Assembly: GCA_050943415.1 (NCBI GenBank)
Contig: JBMNPD010000001.1
Coordinates: 4,317-68,316, forward strand
From: Candidatus Dojkabacteria bacterium
Lineage (GTDB): Bacteria > Patescibacteriota > Dojkabacteria > SC72
DNA: 64,000 nt
Direction: 5' to 3'
Made by a program: the position numbers and the translations under genes. The notes below the pieces were generated by a model that worked only from the letters and a program-made list of their open reading frames with translations, was not told the origin of the DNA and searched no databases. Positions 58,691-64,000 of this stretch are shown here, one piece after another (the stretch's first letter is position 1; each line of letters opens with the position of its first letter).

Positions 58691-58974
58691 TAGATCTTAA
58701 TAGGTTAATAAAGCTATCTAAAATATCTGAAACGGTGATAAAAAGAAACTCATTAAACACCATAATTTAAGCCATGAATTGTAATAAACACTCGCTCCTT
58801 TTCTCTTTTGTAAATCCTTACGGTAGCCTTAGAAATTTAAATCTAAAATTAGAAGCTCAAATAAGAGCTTCTACTACTTATACTCAAATTCTCTAAAATA
58901 TGAGATAATTTTATCAATATAAAGAAGGAGTTGTTCGTACATAGTACGGTTGCTCCTATTCACAATGCCCTACT

Positions 58975-60078
58975 ATGAAAAACCTTTTTTCAAAAATCAT
59001 AATTTCAACATTACTTCTTCTTACATTTACTTCCTTTATTTCTGCGACCGAATATTCTTCTGAAACAAAATACTTAAAAGGAAGAGTTGTTGAAATACTT
59101 GAAGAGAAAGATCTACAGTTTGAAGAACAGACTCAGAAGTACCAAAGACTCAAGATTCAACTCTTAGATACTAAAGATGTTATTGAAGTGGAGAATGGTT
59201 CATTTCCATCAACACAAGTAATACAGTACAGGGTTGGTGATACTTTAGAAATAACAGAAGATATAGATGTTGAAGGTAGCACTATTTACTATATCCTAGG
59301 CTATGTTCGTACTACTCCCTTACTGCTTCTTACAATACTTTTCGTTATCTTGGCAATTATAGTTGGTAGAAAAAAGAGCTTCTTCGCAATTATATCTATG
59401 ATTTTCTCTTTCTTTGTTATTTTGAAATTCATTCTTCCCAAAATTCAAAATGGTGATAATCCTGTATTTGTTGCTATTGTTGGTTGTTTACTTATAATAC
59501 CTACAACTTTCTATCTTTCTCACTCTTTTGAAAGAAAAACTACTATCGCTATTCTAGGGACATTAATATCTCTCGTGCTCACAGGTATTCTTTCATACAT
59601 ATTTGTAAAGTATGCGCATTTAACTGGTGGAGAGACAGAAGATGCCATGATTCTTCAAAGTATGACAGGTTCAAAATACAACTTACAGGGGATTTTACTA
59701 GCAGGAATAATAATTGGAACTCTTGGAGTTATGGATGATATTACTGTATCTCAAACAGCTATTGTTTTCCAACTGAAGGATCTAAAGAAAGAAATTGGAA
59801 TGAAAGAGTTGTTTAATAGATCTTTGGAGATAGGAAGAGATCACATTGCTTCTATGATTAATACTTTAGTTTTAGTCTACGCTGGAGCTTCTCTACCTTT
59901 GTTGCTAATTTTTCTGAATAATCCTAGACCTTTTGGAGATATTGTAAATATAGAGATGATAGCTACAGAAATTGTAAGAACATTAGTTGGAAGTATAGGG
60001 TTGATACTTGCTGTACCAATTACTACATATTTAGCTGTTTTGTTTGTAACAAAAAACTTTCTAAAAATTTCTAAATAG
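58975..60078 (+). CDS. YibE/F family membrane protein
   Basis: 'GIIIGTLGVMDDIT.SQ', 'GRDHIASMINTL.LVYAG', 'EIVR.LVGSIG'. Confidence 0.92.
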   Translation: MKNLFSKIIISTLLLLTFTSFISATEYSSETKYLKGRVVEILEEKDLQFEEQTQKYQRLKIQLLDTKDVIEVENGSFPSTQVIQYRVGDTLEITEDIDVEGSTIYYILGYVRTTPLLLLTILFVILAIIVGRKKSFFAIISMIFSFFVILKFILPKIQNGDNPVFVAIVGCLLIIPTTFYLSHSFERKTTIAILGTLISLVLTGILSYIFVKYAHLTGGETEDAMILQSMTGSKYNLQGILLAGIIIGTLGVMDDITVSQTAIVFQLKDLKKEIGMKELFNRSLEIGRDHIASMINTLVLVYAGASLPLLLIFLNNPRPFGDIVNIEMIATEIVRTLVGSIGLILAVPITTYLAVLFVTKNFLKISK

Positions 60079-60151
60079 AAATATTGTCCATCATCAAAAT
60101 TAATGTATAATATGATGTAGTGATATTTAAATTAATCCATATAATATCAAT

Positions 60152-60703
60152 ATGACTTGGTTATATATTTTACTAGGTATTGTCGTTCTTTTACTTGCCA
60201 CATTTATTGGCTTGTACAACAAATTGGCAAGACAGAAAGTTACAGTTGAGGAAGCAGCTTCCGATATTGAAACTTTCTTAAAACAGAGGTATGACATGAT
60301 TCCTAATCTTGTAGAAATTGTTAAAGGTTATGCAAAACATGAGAGAGAAACATTTGCAGAAGTTACAAACCTGAGAACAAAAGCTATGTCATCTACTTCA
60401 CTTGAGGAGAAGATGGAAATAGATCAAAAGTTAGATAAGGGGATTGCTAAAATTTTTGCTATTGCTGAAAATTATCCAGAATTAAAGTCTAATGAGAATT
60501 TTGTTCAATTACAGAAAACATTAGAAACATTAGAAGGTGATATTCAAAAATCAAGACGATACTACAACGGTACTGCAAGAGATTTCAATGCTATGATTGT
60601 AGTTTTCCCAAACAATATCATTGCGGGTATGCTTAACTTTAAAAAAGTAGAATTCTTTGAAGCAACAGAAGAAGAGAAGAAGAATGTAGAGATTAAATTC
60701 TAA
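60152..60703 (+). CDS. lemA: LemA family protein
   Basis: YN.L, R.DMIPNLVE.VKGYA.HE, AENYPELKSN, SRRYYN, FPNN. Confidence 0.95.
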   Translation: MTWLYILLGIVVLLLATFIGLYNKLARQKVTVEEAASDIETFLKQRYDMIPNLVEIVKGYAKHERETFAEVTNLRTKAMSSTSLEEKMEIDQKLDKGIAKIFAIAENYPELKSNENFVQLQKTLETLEGDIQKSRRYYNGTARDFNAMIVVFPNNIIAGMLNFKKVEFFEATEEEKKNVEIKF

Positions 60704-60718
60704 TATACATATGAAAAT

Positions 60719-62425
60719 ATGAAAAAATTATTCTCTTTATTATTAGTATTGCTTTGTCTTTTCGTTTCGTATACACCTGTTTCTGCTCTTGGTCTCGAAA
60801 AAGAAAGAGTTACTCTGTTTGAATCAGACATAGAATTAAAGCAGGATACAAAAATTATTGTTAATGAAAAGATTCATTACTACTTTCCTTTAGAAAGGCA
60901 TGGTATATATAGGGATATTCCTACTTCTTACAAGGTTCTTGGTGGTTTTAGAAGACCTACTATTGTTAAAATAAAAGAAGTTAAGTATTATCCATCTGCA
61001 GATTCAAGTCGAATAAGAACTGATTATCAACAGAAACTAGAGAATGGTTACTCCAAACTTAAGATTGGGCGAGAAGATGAGATGATTTCTGGTAATTATG
61101 TGTTTGAGATATCATATACTATTGATAATCTAACAAACTATTTTGATGATCATGATGAAATATATCAAAATATTACTGGTAACTACTGGACTGTTCCTTT
61201 TGACAAAGCAGTTGCCACTATTACACTGCCAGGTAATGTCACTAAAAGTGTTTGTTATACTGGTGTAAAAGGTTCTACAGAAACTAATTGTATAATAACA
61301 GATTTGTCATCAGGAGATAATCATAAGATTGTTGTTGAGGCAGAGGATTTACAGGTAGGAGAAGGTTTAACTGTTGCTCTAGCTATGCCAAAGGGTACTT
61401 TGTTAGATACTAGACCTCGTCAAAAAAGAGAATTTATTTTAGCAAACATAGGAATATTTCTACCAATACCTGTAATTGTTGGTTTGTATTTTCTAGTAAA
61501 GAAGAATAACAAAAATAAAAAGTTAACAGTAATTCCACATTATGATGCTCCAAAGAAAATATATCCTCTTTTAGCAACAAGTATTTTACGTAAGCAGAAC
61601 ATTTCCAAAGGAATATCTGCTGAAATAATTCAATTGGCTGTGTCTGGATATATTCGAATTGAGCAAGAAGGAAAGAAAAAATATATTTTGCATAGGATAG
61701 CTAAGAGTGATGAAAAATTATCTTCCGTACAAAAGTCATTATTAGATGGAATTTTTAATGACAACGATAATGTTAATATCAAAGATCTTAAATCATCTTT
61801 TTACAAAACTGTTGCTTCAATAACTAGAGCATTAGACAAAGAACAAACAGAAACAGGATATATTGACAAAAAGAAAGTAAATTTAAAAAATGGTCTATTT
61901 ATAGGAGGATTCTGTTTAATGTTTGTGTCAGGAGCATTCTTTGGACCAGCTATACAGTTTGCTACACTTGGTTGGGTTTTAGGTTTCTTCCTTTCAGCTT
62001 TTGCAATCAGTATTTCTGGACTATTTATTGATGTTAGAACAAAGGAAGGTAACAAGATTTACTATGAATTACAGGGTCTTAAGAAATATATAAATACTGC
62101 GGAAAAAAGAAGAATTGAGTTCCATGACGATCCAAAGAAATATTCAGGTGTATTTGAGAAGTTGTTACCGTATGCAATTATTTTTGGATTAGAAAAGAAA
62201 TGGATTAAAGAGTTTGAAGATATATATCAGCAACCAGATTGGTATCAAGGAGATTTCGATACCTTTAACACATATATGTTAACTAATTCTATTTCTAATC
62301 TAAATAGTAATATTGGGAGTAGTGTTAACGCGTATAGTAGTTCTGATGGTGGTTCTTGGGGTAGTGGTTTTAGCGGAGGTAGCAGTGGTGGTGGAGGCGG
62401 TGGCGGAGGTGGTGGTAGTTGGTAG
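60719..62425 (+). CDS. DUF2207 membrane protein
   Basis: HGIYRDIP, LLPYAIIFG, Gly/Ser-rich C-terminus GGGGGGSW; follows lemA. Confidence 0.9.
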   Translation: MKKLFSLLLVLLCLFVSYTPVSALGLEKERVTLFESDIELKQDTKIIVNEKIHYYFPLERHGIYRDIPTSYKVLGGFRRPTIVKIKEVKYYPSADSSRIRTDYQQKLENGYSKLKIGREDEMISGNYVFEISYTIDNLTNYFDDHDEIYQNITGNYWTVPFDKAVATITLPGNVTKSVCYTGVKGSTETNCIITDLSSGDNHKIVVEAEDLQVGEGLTVALAMPKGTLLDTRPRQKREFILANIGIFLPIPVIVGLYFLVKKNNKNKKLTVIPHYDAPKKIYPLLATSILRKQNISKGISAEIIQLAVSGYIRIEQEGKKKYILHRIAKSDEKLSSVQKSLLDGIFNDNDNVNIKDLKSSFYKTVASITRALDKEQTETGYIDKKKVNLKNGLFIGGFCLMFVSGAFFGPAIQFATLGWVLGFFLSAFAISISGLFIDVRTKEGNKIYYELQGLKKYINTAEKRRIEFHDDPKKYSGVFEKLLPYAIIFGLEKKWIKEFEDIYQQPDWYQGDFDTFNTYMLTNSISNLNSNIGSSVNAYSSSDGGSWGSGFSGGSSGGGGGGGGGGSW

Positions 62426-62431
62426 TAGATA

Positions 62432-63490
62432 CTACCAATTTACTGTATACCCCTTTAATCTAGTTCTGATATATGAATATATATAGTAGGTCCAGTATTT
62501 CAATTTAGAAACAGGTAAATCTCTGCTATGCATATATGTCATTTTCTCACCTCCTAAACTCTTCTTAAAGTCCCCTACTCCTTCCCATGGGTGATTCCTG
62601 CCCTCATATCCTCTAGGAACTACTCCTCCAAACATATCAAAAACTGTACAGCCTAAATTTTTACCTAATTCTATTGTTTTCCAATACAATATAGCTGTCA
62701 TAACCATATTCTTTTCTCTATACTCTGTACTAGAACAAGCTTGGTACAAATGCATATTCTTACCAAAAACAGTACATTGCCATATTGAGATTGGTATACC
62801 TTCAGAGTAAGCTACAACCATATAGCACATATTGTGCTCTACTTGAATATCTAACTCTTTCATAAGCAGATCTACAGGCTTATCTATATATCCCTTCAAC
62901 TTTACAGTTTCTAAATGAAAGTCTTTGAACACATCAAATGCTTCTCTGTTAGTAAAAATTTTAATTTCAATAGAAGTATCTTTTAAAAGCTTGTTAAGAT
63001 TTTTTCTTCGGCTACGTCTCATATCTTTTCTCAACTCATCCATACTTTTTGTTAAATCCATCTTTTGTGAAATTAAAGCATCTACATTGTGAATCGGAGC
63101 TTTTACAAAACCTCTTTTTTGGTAAAAATTTAGTAAAGAAGTATCTTCTTCTGTTAGTGGTGCAAACCTTGTCATGAAGCAGTCATTATCTGTAGCTAAC
63201 TTCTTAACAAAGTCTGTAACCTCATCCATATACTTTTCTGAATACGAACTTAAAAGAGGTGAATGTTTACAATCTAGAAAATGACCAAATAGTTTAGATT
63301 GACCGATACTCCCTATGATAACACCTATGAATTTATCAGAATCAAAAATAGCGTATCTAAACGATTTATCATTTACTGATTCATTAAATCTGTATCTGGC
63401 ACTACTATTTAGAAAAGAGTACTCTTTCAGTTGTAAGACTAGTTCATCCCATTTTTTGTCATCATCTATATCTTTAAAAGATAGCTTCAT
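62432..63490 (-). CDS. FemAB/FemX-type peptidoglycan bridge transferase (GNAT)
   Basis: WD...SFLNS, MDLTKS.DEL, FDMFG, HPWEG...FKKSLGG. Confidence 0.82.
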   Translation of the reverse strand: MKLSFKDIDDDKKWDELVLQLKEYSFLNSSARYRFNESVNDKSFRYAIFDSDKFIGVIIGSIGQSKLFGHFLDCKHSPLLSSYSEKYMDEVTDFVKKLATDNDCFMTRFAPLTEEDTSLLNFYQKRGFVKAPIHNVDALISQKMDLTKSMDELRKDMRRSRRKNLNKLLKDTSIEIKIFTNREAFDVFKDFHLETVKLKGYIDKPVDLLMKELDIQVEHNMCYMVVAYSEGIPISIWQCTVFGKNMHLYQACSSTEYREKNMVMTAILYWKTIELGKNLGCTVFDMFGGVVPRGYEGRNHPWEGVGDFKKSLGGEKMTYMHSRDLPVSKLKYWTYYIYSYIRTRLKGYTVNW

Positions 63491-63507
63491 TCTAGTTAGA
63501 TTAAAAT

Positions 63508-64000
63508 TTAAATAGGTTGTCCATATTTATTTATAGTATTAGCAATAATTACAGCAGTTTTCTCATCAACCTCTATATTTGTTGGTAAATTTAAAATATA
63601 TCTACAACAAAATCTTGTATTAGGATATTTGTCATATACAAAACCTAATTCTTTGTAATACTTCTTCTCTATGGGAAATATGGGAGATGTATACCATCTA
63701 CCAACAATAATTTGCATGTTCGCTAATATTTTCTTCAATTCATTTGGGTTTTTTACAATAATGGGATATCTTAATAAGGCTTTATTACCTTTACTAGAAA
63801 AAAGGAATTCTTTCTTCAAATTCTTGTTATATACCTCGACTATTTTTTCTCTATGTGAATTTAGGGCTTCTAACGAATCAAGTTGAGTAAGTAGTAGTTT
63901 AGCTTGAACATCACTCATCTTCATTATCTTGTTAAACTTCAGATAACTTGAAGATGCTTGCCTTTTTATCAATCCTAAGAATCTGTAAACAACTATCAAT
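63508..64000 (-). CDS. DegT/DnrJ/EryC1 aminotransferase, C-terminal part (5'-truncated)
   Basis: 'MSDVQA..LL.QL..L...N.HR', 'LRYPI', 'LNLPT'. Confidence 0.75.
   Translation of the reverse strand, partial: LIVVYRFLGLIKRQASSSYLKFNKIMKMSDVQAKLLLTQLDSLEALNSHREKIVEVYNKNLKKEFLFSSKGNKALLRYPIIVKNPNELKKILANMQIIVGRWYTSPIFPIEKKYYKELGFVYDKYPNTRFCCRYILNLPTNIEVDEKTAVIIANTINKYGQPI

Overview
AT-rich (~30% GC by eye) bacterial chromosome segment. The gene set and SD-less, often leaderless housekeeping genes suggest a fermentative Patescibacteria/CPR organism, possibly Dojkabacteria-like (inference only). It holds the 3' part of a giant repetitive surface protein plus a sortase, dfx, mnmA-iscU-iscS, murB, ppdK, nagZ, glycerate kinase, 2-oxoacid:ferredoxin oxidoreductase with ADP-forming acetyl-CoA synthetase, eno, map, trxB-like, an nrdR-nrdD-(separate glycyl-radical peptide)-nrdG operon with tandem NrdR boxes, lexA, lemA, a FemAB-type transferase, tRNA-His and tRNA-Pro. 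The most unusual pattern is about a dozen dispersed stand-alone orphan units with a shared architecture: own sigma70 promoter, boxA-like motif, strong Shine-Dalgarno, small orphan ORF or structured RNA, and a long composite hairpin. One subgroup (22.0-23.5 kb) has a 12-nt 5'/3' inverted repeat bracketing paralogous helical proteins. Other highlights are an internal LPXTG signal followed by a second signal peptide in the giant protein, and the split NrdD. No CRISPR array, integrase or transposase was seen.
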